This document shows positions 48,306 to 60,632 of a DNA stretch of 64,000 nucleotides, one piece after another (position 1 is the first letter of the stretch; each line of letters starts with the position of its first letter). Location: contig NC_069001.1 of assembly GCF_001194135.2 (NCBI RefSeq), positions 6,016,727 through 6,080,726 of the forward strand, given 5' to 3'. The notes under the pieces were generated by a model, which had not been told where the DNA came from, ran no database searches, and saw only the letters and a list, made by a program, of their open reading frames with translations. The stretch is from Octopus bimaculoides. Its lineage: Eukaryota. The position numbers and the translations under genes were made by a program.

Positions 48306-48940
48306 CTTTCTCTATCTCTTTCTCTATCTCTTTCTCTATCTCTCTCTTTCTCACTTTCTCTTTCCCTCTCTCTCTTCCTCTCTCTCCCTCTCTCTCCTTC
48401 TTTCTCTCACTCTCTCTCGCCCTCTCACCCTCACTCTCTCACCCTCACTCTCTCACCCTCACTCTCCCACCCTCACTCTCTCACTCTCACTCTCTCACCC
48501 TCTCTCTCGTCCTTTCCCTCCCTCTTTGTCTCTCTCTTTCTCACTTTCTTTCTCCCTCTCCCTTTTTCTCTATCTCTTTTTCTCTCTATCTCTCCCTCTC
48601 TCTCCCTCTCTCTCATTTTCTCTGTCCCTCCCTCTATCTCACACTCTCCTTCCCTCCCTCCTTCTTCTCCCATCCTCTCTCCCTCTTTCTTCCCCTCTCT
48701 CCCTCTCTCTTCCTTTCCCTCTTTCTCTGTCTCTTTCCCTCACTCTCTCTTTCTCACTTTCTTTCTCTTTCTCAATCTCTTTTTCTCTCTCTATCTCTCT
48801 ATCTCTCTATCTCTTTCCCTCTCCCTCACTCTCTATCTTTATCTCTTTCTTTCTCACCCTCTTTTTCTATCTCTTTTTCGCTCTGTTTCTCCCTCTCTCT
48901 CCCTCTCCCTCTCTCTCTATCTATCTCTTTCTCTCTTCTA
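48240..48940. repeat. ~700-bp degenerate (CT)n polypyrimidine tract
   Basis: Direct inspection. Confidence 0.95.
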
Positions 48941-49959
48941 GAAACGAAGACTTACTAAATAAGAACACAGTCATTGCTCAGTTTTTCTCTGTCAAAATAG
49001 ATATTCTATCTTTTACCTCGTCTCTTACATTTTAAAAGCTACTTCACATATAGAACCATTTTATATCAAATCTCCATCTCTTCAAATATTTGATATTAAT
49101 TGACAGCAACTTTCTCATTGATGGAATTTTCTTCTTGGACGTAGAATCTATCAGTTGATTTATTGATCTTTACTAAGGTGGTCATCTTCAATGATTAGTT
49201 TCAAAGCATTCGCTAATGTAGCATGTTATAACGTATTCAGTTTAATTATCTCCTATTCTTGTATTTCCTATCTTGACGTACGAACATATTACAAAGCACT
49301 TGAGATTCTGATGTACTGTGGAACGAAACCTATTATTTTCAAATGAAATCTTTCATTCAGTGTTTTGTGAAAGAGAAGATACAGATATAACTGTTAGACG
49401 AAGACTTGAGTTCAATATCATATCTATAACATTATAACATTTAATTTACTCACCCCGCATTATACATACATATATTCATACATACAGACAACACACACAC
49501 ACAAGTGCCATGTATATATTTGCATATATAAATGAGTATGAATGTATATATATATATATTTGTGTGTGTGTGTGTGTGTGCGTTGTATGTGTGTGTTGTG
49601 TGTGTGTATGTGTGTGTGTGTTGTGTGTGTGATGGACTCACCGATTTTCACGTATAAAGCGTCCAGTCGTTCCATGAATTGGAATGACCTATTCAGTGAA
49701 TTAACGTGGCTGTGTATTCCACAGGCGCATGAATGCTTAAATTAAATACCAGACAGAAGTTATGTATGTTTGTGTATGTGTGTGTGTCTACACACAAACA
49801 CACACACACACATGAAGGATATTCATTAACTATCCGTAATGCATTTGGAAAAAAAATCATCTTTTAGGGATATTGTGTCACTTTCTTTACCATAACGAAC
49901 CAAAAGTTATCAGATCTCAAAAAAAGGATAAAGCTCTTTTCAAGTCATACAGACTCGTG

Positions 49960-50423
49960 ATACCGGTTTTCTGGTGTTTGTGGCGTATATATTTCCCCTG
50001 GTCTGTCACAATGTTACTCACTTTTGCTAGCTGAGTGGACTGGAGCAACGTGAAATGAAGTATTTTGCTCAAGAACACAACGTAGCGCCCGATCTGAGAA
50101 TCGAAACTACAATCTTAAGATCATGAGTGCAACATCTTGACCAATTAAGCCATGCACCTCCACACAAAAACAAAAAATCAAAGGTCCTTCCCGTGCCTTA
50201 AGTTCATAAGGCCGGTTTCCTGGATTCCGTAGCGTGTATATTCTTCCCTTGAACAGGACGCCAGACCGTCGAAAAATTATTCATTTTAATCAGCTGAGTG
50301 GACTAGAGCAGCGTGAAATGAAGTGTTTTCCTCAATAACACAACGTAGCACCCGATCTGAGAAGCGAAACCACAATCTTACGACCATGAGTTCAACATCT
50401 TAACCACTAAGCCACGCGTCTCC
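49960..50423 (-). mobile_element. Two tandem SINEs with family-C head but a different tail (C')
   Basis: The reverse complement shows the same head and TTTCACGTTGCTCCAGTCCACTCAGCT core as family C. The tail differs (...CCAGGGGAA.TATA.ACGC.AC..A.ACC..GAAACCGG). Confidence 0.75.
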
Positions 50424-51167
50424 ACTCAAAGCAATTCCCTTTGTGTAATATTGTGAGTTGTTTTGGGATGCACCCTTCATGAACTGAATTAAAGCCAAGT
50501 CTTTTGAGGATGATTCCATAGACAGATCTATAACTAATTTGCATATTATTTCCAGTTCATACATATTCATCAGTCTGTTCAAAAGAACCATGTCACAGAC
50601 TTATTCAATGACGTATCAATGACATAGTCGGTCATCCGGCTCTGTTTCATTGCATGATATTTGAGTAACCATTTTTTGTAATTTATTAATCTATTCAATG
50701 AAAGTCCGTAGCGGCAAAATGCTGTTTCCAAAATTGTATTAAATACCTCAGTAAATATATCACTGAAACACTGTTCTTTTTTGTTGCAAACAGAAAGTGG
50801 AGTGGCCATGGTAACAGCCGATCCACTCATCTTTTTTTAAGTAGTGCGGCCCGCTTTTCGATAACAGTTGCCTATTCCTGGTTTAAATGATTGCAACTTA
50901 ATGAAATTCACTAAAACAAGGCCAGGTTGCGGTGTTAAACAAAGGTAAAAATAAAGTCAAGCATTTAATTCTAATACAGCGTATTCGGGCTAAATTCAAC
51001 GATATTTTATGTCTCCTTTTCTCTGGAACAGCTTCATGTATTTGTGGACAGTCAACAGCTTTGGAGAGCATAAAGATTCAAGTTGTAGCTGAGAAAAAGT
51101 TAGCTGACATGGAGGACCAGAAATAATCTAAATGTTGGAAACGAGTTACCTAAAACATGCTCATCAA

Positions 51168-51332
51168 AGGGTCAGCCTTGTCACACAGTGTCACGCTGAA
51201 ACTCCCCGAGAACTACGTTAAGGGTACACGTGTCTGTGGAGTGCTCAGCCACTTGCACGTTAATTTCACGAGCAGACTGTTCCGTTGATTGGATCAACTA
51301 GAACCTTCGACGTCGTAAGCGACGGAGTGCCA
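51168..51332 (+). mobile_element. SINE family C, 3' part
   Basis: AAAGGGTCAGCCTTGTCACAC...CGACGGAGTGCC, as in 45235-45541. Confidence 0.82.
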
Positions 51333-51346
51333 ACAATACAAATAAC

Positions 51347-51825
51347 ATGCTCAATTCAGAGAGCTATGTGAAGCTGCTACTGCAGACTGTGGTCAAATCC
51401 TGGCTGGAGAGAGCTGCTGCCGCTGGAAGGCCCTATGTATGACAACAGGATTTGGTTCCTTACCATACCTCCAGAAACAGTCAGAAGTGGTTGTCGGATA
51501 ATTTCTGCGACATCACCAGCCCATGGATAATCATGTAATCCTATGGATTATTATGTGAGGGACGCGGTTGAGAAAGGCTAATATGGCGGACACGATCAAC
51601 GAGGTATTGGAAGATCTTTCCGGGGACGCAATGAGGAACACAATCAACAGGTTCCGGTGCCATCTTGAGGTTGTGGTAGGAGCTGAAGGCGTCTACTTTG
51701 AGTAAACTGTTAGCATCCCAGCCATAATCAAGTTGATATTTTCGATTATTTTAAATACTTTTATTTTCGGAAGGGATATTGTGTTTTTCACTCCTTTTAT
51801 GCAAACTGTCAAATTTAACCCGAAC
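51347..51825 (+). mobile_element. Tc1/mariner superfamily transposase remnant (maT/DD37D-like), C-terminal part and 3' flank
   Basis: Reads LNSESYVKLLLQTVVKSWLERAAAAGRPYV*QQDLVPYHTSRNSQKWLSDNF...CNPMDYYVRDAVEK...NRFRCHLEVVVGAEGVYFE* (stop at 51703-51705), with a stop, deletions and frameshifts. The right boundary is approximate. Confidence 0.82.
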
Positions 51826-53605
51826 GGATTTGATGCGATTTTGTGAGTTTTTGTTATGAATTCTTCGAGACTGGAGAGAAAAACTTAGTATCAATTTAAG
51901 TTGATGTTAACTTCTAAATACGAGTCAGTGGTATTAATGTCGTATAAATATCAAAACCTGCAAATGGTGTCGGAGTATTTTTAAAATAAATATATTATAT
52001 TTCAGTATTTTCTGTTTGTTTGCTTTTCCCTGTCTATCTTGTAAATAGATAAATAAATAAATAAATAAATAAGTAAATAAATAAATAAGTAAATAAATAA
52101 ATAATCTGTGTCATTGCAGATCATTCTCTCTTCTCCTGTAGCTTTATTACAACACTTTATATGAGTCCATATTTCACTCTCTCACTTTCTCTCTCTGTCC
52201 CTGTTGTGGAATAAGTATGTATATGTCTGTGCGTGAGTATATGAATGATATATACCTATATANNNNNNNNNNNNNNNNNNNNNNNNNNNNNNNNNNNNNN
52301 NNNNNNNNNNNNNNNNNNNNNNNNNNNNNNNNNNNNNNNNNNNNNNNNNNNNNNNNNNNNNNNNNNNNNNNNNNNNNNNNNNNNNNNNNNNNNNNNNNNN
52401 NNNNNNNNNNNNNNNNNNNNNNNNNNNNNNNNNNNNNNNNNNNNNNNNNNNNNNNNNNNNNNNNNNNNNNNNNNNNNNNNNNNNNNNNNNNNNNNNNNNN
52501 NNNNNNNNNNNNNNNNNNNNNNNNNNNNNNNNNNNNNNNNNNNNNNNNNNNNNNNNNNNNNNNNNNNNNNNNNNNNNNNNNNNNNNNNNNNNNNNNNNNN
52601 NNNNNNNNNNNNNNNNNNNNNNNNNNNNNNNNNNNNNNNNNNNNNNNNNNNNNNNNNNNNNNNNNNATATATATATATATAGGCAGACAACCGTAAAGTC
52701 ACAAGACATCTTTGCAAACACACAAACGCATACATAATCACCCAACCCTATATATATATATGTATGTATATGTGTGTGTATAATACATGCAAATATACAT
52801 ACATACATACATACATACATACATACGTACATACACATTGATTACACATATATAAAACACATTATTATACACCGATATAGATATACTGAAAAATAGACAT
52901 GCGCAGACAAGCCTAAAGGATTTGAAATATATATTTTTCTTAAAAAGATGAAACCTAAAAAATACAAACATTATACACATAACTAAAAAGATATGTATAC
53001 ACACAGAGCAATAGGTAAACGTATCGAAACAAATATGTACACACACACTCACACATACACAGAAATACATACATGTTTCAGTAGAAATATTTCGAAGAAA
53101 GTTTAAAGAAAAAAAATGTGATAAATATAATATAATTGAATAAATTCAACCGACAATATGAATGTTCAGACAACAACAACAGCAACATGAAAATAGATAC
53201 ACAAATATCAACAAATTTGAATGAAAGGAAAACAAATCAAAATGAAGAGACAGAAAAATTATGAAAACGGAAACAAGAAATAAATGAAAATATCTATAAT
53301 TTCTGTAAAGCTAAGAGCAGTCTTTGGGAAACAATAAAGTCTTTTGAGATGGAATTATAATTCAATAAGACACCCCCGTCTTCCGAGACGTACATCCATA
53401 CACGCGTACACAAACACACAAGCATGTGTGTCTATGCAAAATACATACACACACACATACATATAAGACACGCAAACACAGACATACACACACATGCACG
53501 TGAGCGCACAGAAACACACACACACACACATACACACACATATATAGCTCTTTGCGTCTCTAGCTTTCCCTGCTTATATTCATACAAAAATACATGCATA
53601 CATAC

Positions 53606-53649
<44 letters not shown>

Positions 53650-53943
53650 ATATATACATACATACATACATGTATACATATATATATAAAAACACACATA
53701 CATATATACTCATATATACTTATATATATATATACATACATACATGCATACATATATATATATACACACATACATATATACACGTATATACTTATATATA
53801 TATATATATATACATACATATATGTGAGTGTATTTGCGTATATGTGTGTGTCTGTGTGTGTGTGTGTGTGTACAAACATATGTGTGGGGGAAGGGGTATG
53901 AAAGGTGTTCGGAGCAGTACCAGTCAAGTTAACTTTGGAAGGT

Positions 53944-53998
<55 letters not shown>

Positions 53999-54597
53999 GA
54001 CGACGACACCGGTGGAGACGGTGTCAGCAGCGACAGCGGCAGCGGTGATGGCGGCGTTGGTGGTGGCGATGGTGGCGATGGTGAAGTTAACGGGGTTCGG
54101 CGGTGGTGGAGGCGGAGATGGTGGTGCCGGTGGTTATGATAGTGATGATGATGATCATAATAATCATGATGTTGACTCTTTCGAGATAAGACCTGATTTA
54201 GCCGACCAGCTGTGAAGGAGCGGCTAATCTAAGAGACGCGACCCTTAACTGTCGATTCACAAGGATGCATATCCTTTCAGAATCAATAAAATAAAGCGGC
54301 AATCCAGGCTGAAGATTTGGTAGAATTGAAAGAACGCCAAAGGAGATCCCTTGCGGAGTTTGTTCCGACCCTTTGAGTTCTAAATTCCGTATAGTAGACT
54401 TATTCCGTGGCCTAGTTTAACACCACCTCCTGGTTTCCGGACGCCATCTGCAGGGTTCATTGTATTGCAAGAACTCTAGCCAAGTCTTTGCTCTCAGGAT
54501 AACCTGTTCCCTTCATTCCAACAGTGACGGAGACCCTGAAAATTATCAAAAAGATCTGACTAGTGCAAAACCTGTCGTTTTAACTTAGAAGAGTAGC

Positions 54598-55035
54598 AAA
54601 GGCAATGAGCTGAGAGAATCGTTAGCACAGCGGACAAAATGCTTAGCGGCATTTCATCCGTCTTCTCATTCTGAGTTCAAATTCCGCCGGGGCCGTCTTT
54701 GCCTTTCATCTATTCAGGGTCGGTAAAATATGTACCAGTCGAATACTGGGGTCAATGTAATCGACTAGTCCCTGCCCCCAAAATTTCAAGCAGAAAGGAT
54801 TATTATTGTTATCATTAAGGCGGCGAGCAGGCAGAATCGTTACCGTGCCGGAAAATATGCATAGCAGCATCTCTTCCGTCTTTACGTTCTAAGTTCAAAA
54901 ACCGCCGGGGTCGACATTGCTATTCATCCTTTCGAGGTCGATGGAATAAGTATCAGTTGAGCACAGTGGTCAATACAAAATCAACTAGCCCCTTCCTCAA
55001 AAACTGCTGGCCTTGTGCCTATAGAAGAAAGGATT
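54598..55035 (+). mobile_element. Two head-to-tail SINE family A copies
   Basis: Copies at 54598-54800 and 54817-55035, separated by a short (ATT)-like tail. Confidence 0.82.
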
Positions 55036-56103
55036 ATAATTTAGAAGAGTAACTGGATGAAGAATAGGAGGAACACCACTTGCGTTGAGTAAAGTTGATG
55101 GGAATTTATCTATTGAGCCACTTCCTGGATATGCATTGGCTCTCATATTCATTGATTTTCTGAGCGCCCAATCGATTACGATAAGCACAGTTCATTCACA
55201 GTAATACGTTCTTACATATTACATACAGCTGTCCTTCTGTTTATGGCCTTTGTATATATATTATATAATGGTTTAAACAGATTATATATCTCCTGCAGAA
55301 TAAAATTTATGACATATATAATTACATTTTTAATTTTAAGAACAAATAATCAAAACTATACCTAGAATTTAGAATGTTTTAAAGCGGGTTCATTATACGT
55401 TAAAAGAACGGATTTAATTTCATATATTTTTGACTTTAGAAGTAAATTGAAATGTTAACAAACATTAGTGTTCGTTTACCTCTTCGCATCATTAAATAAA
55501 ACATATAATTATATCTTACGCTATTAATAAAATATTTAATTATATGCTATTAATCATGTATCGTTTGTCATTGGTTTATAAGTTACGAATAGGCAATTAT
55601 TAAGTTCTGGTTAAAGATAAGAGAACAAAATAAATAGAATACATACGTTAAATTAATGTTGCTGAATGTGTAAGTGTTGAAACGCAACAATTTAACAAAA
55701 CATTCAACTTATAGACGATTCCAGTAATATTATGGTTTTGGTGCGAGGAATACAGAGTGCAAAGTCTGTAATGGGATACGAGAAAGGGTCTAATATTATA
55801 TCGAAACTATACGGAATTGTCTTTCATATTTAAAGAACTGTTCAAAATAATTTTAGCCTTCAAGATAATGCTGTCTTATTAAACTTTTGATGCGTACTCC
55901 ATCAAATATACTGACACATTTTATCAGTAAACTGTCACTTTGACCACATTACCAATTTCAGCTGTTATTAACAGGACATATTGTCTATTTTTAACGACCA
56001 TATATTACAATAACACTGACCTACAACGTACATTAGTTTATTAGCCTATTCGGATTGCATTATGTTATCAATATTATTTTTATTGTTATCATTAGCGGCA
56101 TTA

Positions 56104-56405
56104 CAAGGTGGCGAGCTGGAAAAATCGTTAACGCGTCGGGTTGAAAGCTTAGTGACTGTTATAATCCTTATTATGATGAATTGATATAACGTCCACTTAG
56201 TAAAACCAGTAAAGACAAGACTATCTCTGACCCCCTACTACGTGCTCTGGTACTTCTCGTACTTCTCTTTACTTATAGTGACTAGGTTATTCCATTCGTC
56301 ACGTGGGAGAGGTGTACCATTTTTACTAATTCATTACAACAGTGACATTTCATCCGTCTTCACAATCTGAGCTCAAATTCCGCTGAGGTCGACTTTGCCT
56401 TTCAT
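56104..56405 (+). mobile_element. SINE family A split by the 185-bp insertion
   Basis: Head at 56104-56156 continues seamlessly at 56347 (ATTTCATCCGTCTT...GAGGTCGACTTTGCCTTTCAT). Confidence 0.78.
56157..56341. mobile_element. 185-bp insertion with TG...CA ends and 5-bp TSD (solo LTR or MITE)
   Basis: Interrupts a family-A SINE exactly. GTGAC is duplicated at 56152-56156 and 56342-56346. The termini TGTTATAAT and ATTACAACA are inverted repeats (8/9 match). Confidence 0.68.
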
Positions 56406-57130
56406 ACGGATCATTTCGTATACAGATACGTCTATGTAAACAATGCAATCGGAGATAGTAATATAGGTAATGGGTGTATATGCACATTTCAAGAGTCATT
56501 ACTATTTCATCAGCACCACATCCAAATCATCAACTATCTACGAATGCGTTGCTTAAGCATAAATATGTGTGTGTGTATTACGTATGTGTGTGTGAGTGTC
56601 TGTGTGTATGTATGTATGTATGTATGTATATCAATTTTATTGCAAATTACAGTTTTGTGTTATATGTATAACCGTGTTAGTGAACTATCAGTTCGAATCC
56701 TGGCTGAAATCGTGAATTCTCTTTGAAAAGGTATGCTAGTTACAACTTATAATTTCTGCTACCTCGCATGAAATCCTGTGTTGATGTAAACTTTTAATAG
56801 GAAATTCTTAACTATACAGAAGTATAGAAAGGTTATTTTTCTTTGATGTAAGGTCTGGATTTCTTTAACAATGCGTTTCAATTCCACTGGTCATGCTACC
56901 GTCCATTCCAAACTTTAGGAAAAGGATTTGAAGACAATTGAACTTGATTAACGATTTCCGACTCTCATTATTCTAAACTAACCATGATTGCTGTCTCAGT
57001 TTCAATTTCCTGCTATTAAACACACACACACACGCGTGCATACACGAATATATATATACACACACATAGACACACACATTCGCGGTACTCGTATATACAT
57101 ACATGCTCAATCTCATAGACATGCACACAG

Positions 57131-57169
<39 letters not shown>

Positions 57170-57874
57170 CATACGTTTATATGTGTGTGTGCGTGTGTGT
57201 ACATATATTACACACACATACATGCACACGCATACACATACATGCACACGCATACACATACATACATGCATACATACATACAGACATACATACAGGTACA
57301 TAAATACACACACACCTTTCATTCTATTCTATTACAAAAAGACAAATGCCTCTGCTTCAGTCACACTTTACAATGACACGCGGCCATATTTCGAGTGGCA
57401 ACAGTCAAAGCTATGCGCATGCCTCAATGCACTACATCCGAGTTCTAGTAAATCTCCATATTTTCAACCAAATACTAACCTACCACAAAGAACACGTTTC
57501 ACGCTTTAAATCTCTTCAGAAATAAGCCAAAAGAACTTCTAAGAACTCTACTTTGCATATCTCGAATTTTCCAGCGCTTATTCAAACAATTCAACTACTG
57601 TTCTCTAAATCTGAATATGTTATATATACTCTACCATCTATCTCAGTTATTTTAACAAACGTCAACACAGAATTCAACTCTAGACGAAAATGTATTTGTA
57701 GGCAACTATGGTCTTTCAAATGGTCATTGGTTAATCAAGATATGTTTGATTCGTTTTCTTTTATCTTTCCCCCTCAACATTCTCTGGCTTCAGTTCCACG
57801 ATCAATCTAATCTCAAAACAGTGACCTTTTCTTTTCTTTGTTTTCTTCTCTTTCTTTTCCATTTTCTTTCTTCT

Positions 57875-57912
<38 letters not shown>

Positions 57913-58578
57913 TCAATTCAGTTTTCAAATCCGTCCGTCAAGTGATTTGCTATCAGAAACTATTAAATAACAGATAAGTAAGCAACTACGAACTTCAGTA
58001 AAATAACGCAGCCAGTAAATATATTTCCTATCGTTCGTCTGCTGGTGAATGCCATACACAACTAGGTCGCCATCTCTTTTGCTATATACACTCAGCTCGT
58101 TATGTTATTCTTTGAATTATTGTAACCAAAATTTGATTCCGTATATTTTCATTCACTCTTTTTTCTTTAGCTCTGATTTCTCTTCCTCATATTTCTTCTG
58201 GCATCATTTACGCTTTTATGTTTCCAGGAATATTTTCTTCCATTTTTCTTTAGTATTTTTTCTTCAATTTTTTCTTTTTTTCATATTTAATGTTCTCTTT
58301 TCTTTCTATTTACATTTTTTTTATCTATTTCTTATTCTTCTCATTTCATTCTTTTTTATTATTTCATTATATGAGTTTCTCTTTTTGTTGTAGTTGTTGT
58401 TGTTGAATTTCTTTTCTTTCGTTTTCCTTCTTAAAGTATCGATTTCTGCAGGAACCCCAAACTTTAGAATTAGATTCTGCTTGTATAAATAAATAATTTG
58501 TCAGAACATGGAACTGGCTGCGTAAGAAACCACAGGTTGGTTTCTTACTGAAAATAAATCAATCGCAAAGTACGACGG

Positions 58579-58625
58579 TTGTATTATTGTTGTTGTTGTT
58601 ATTACTATTATTTTTATTGCTATAA

Positions 58626-58712
<87 letters not shown>

Positions 58713-58843
58713 TACTACTACTACTACTACTACTACTTCAACTACAACTACTACGGTTGATGTGTTATTGTTGCTGTTGTTCTTTGTTACCTGCAGCAGC
58801 GGCAGTGACAGCAGCAGCAGCGGTGGTGGTGGTGGTGGTGATG

Positions 58844-58903
<60 letters not shown>

Positions 58904-59185
58904 AGAGATGATGACGATGACGACGACCACGATCACCNNNNNNNNNNNNNNNNNNNNNNNNNNNNNNNNNNNNNNNNNNNNNNNNNNNNNNNNNNNNNNN
59001 NNNNNNNNNNNNNNNNNNNNNNNNNNNNNNNNNNNNNNNNNNNNNNNNNNNNNNNNNNNNNNNNNNNNNNNNNNNNNNNNNNNNNNNNNNNNNNNNNNNN
59101 NNNNNNNNNNNNNNNNNNNNNNNNNNNNNNNNNNNNNNNNNNNNNTTTTACATTCTAAGTTTAATTTAATACTTTGCTTTGGTGT

Positions 59186-59231
<46 letters not shown>

Positions 59232-59550
59232 ATGCGTGTGTGTGTACATGCGTGTGTGTGTGTGTGTGTGTACGCGCGCATTTGAAGAATGTAATCGGAC
59301 GAAAAGAGGCATATAGGTATATCAATTCATACACGTACACACATATCTGCCTCTACGTATATCCTTCTTTATGAGTGTACGTGTGTGTGTTTGTGCATAT
59401 ATATGTGCGTGTGTGTGGGTGTATGTATGTAGATATATATATATGTATGTATATACATATACATATATATATATTATACATATATTATACATATTCACAC
59501 AAAGCGAAATATATGTACGTAAATAGATACATAGATACAGACAGACAGAC

Positions 59551-59619
<69 letters not shown>

Positions 59620-59748
59620 TAAAATTACGATGGTAAATACATGCACACATTTATACACACTTGATATATATATTCATATATTTAAGAATATGTATATGTG
59701 TGTGTGTGTGTGTAAGTATATATAAGCATATCTCTCTAATACATATCG

Positions 59749-59837
<89 letters not shown>

Positions 59838-59900
59838 TGTCTGTATATATTTATCATAGTAATTTCAAATAGATTTGTCAATAGTTTCATGTTTACCATT
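58579..59900. repeat. Compound microsatellite zone (CTA, ATT, GTA, TG, GATA)
   Basis: Direct inspection. Confidence 0.92.
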
Positions 59901-60595
59901 GATTTATCAATACGTTTAGCTTGTTTTTTTCCCCGAGATGCCTCGATAATACATTGCACGCCGCAATTGCTGTTATTCAGTGCTCTGTTATGTGTTTGTA
60001 CCAGCAAACTCTGCTTAAGTCGTAACTCGAAAACCAGCGGAAAAAAACTAGCGTGTATGCGTACATATAACATGATATAATACAATATTATATTCCATAT
60101 TATATATCTATGTGTGTGTGTGTGTATGCATGTGTGTATGTATCTATGACTTCGAATTTACGAAAACTGGGAGGTGGTGAAGTGCTTAATACAGAAGTTT
60201 ATTCGAGTTTTGTACAGTTTATTAATTTGTTGGAAATGAGACTTTTTTTCACCTCGGTTGGTTTGAGTTTTTGTTTGTTTACGTTTATCTCACTGCGACT
60301 GAAATTCAAATCCAAATATCAAGCTTCATCGCATCTCAGAATTTTAGTTCGTTTGCTCTTGGGGTGGGCGGGGTGGGGAAGTGTGATGTAGCGTGATATT
60401 TATAGCATATGTTGCTTGGACAACACGCAGACTTTCTAACCCATGGCAGTANNNNNNNNNNNNNNNNNNNNNNNNNNNNNNNNNNNNNNNNNNNNNNNNN
60501 NNNNNNNNNNNNNNNNNNNNNNNNNNNNNNNNNNNNNNNNNNNNNNNNNNNNNNNNNNNNNNNNNNNNNNNNNNNNNNNNNNNNNNNNNNNNNNN

Positions 60596-60632
<37 letters not shown>

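Noticed and set aside
4540-56110. Idea that family-A SINEs are mobilised by the Dong-like element through a shared (TAA)n target
   Set aside because: The repeat lies in opposite orientation relative to each element's sense strand, and SINE-A 5' flanks are heterogeneous ((ATT)n, (CA)n, (ATGT)n, unique).
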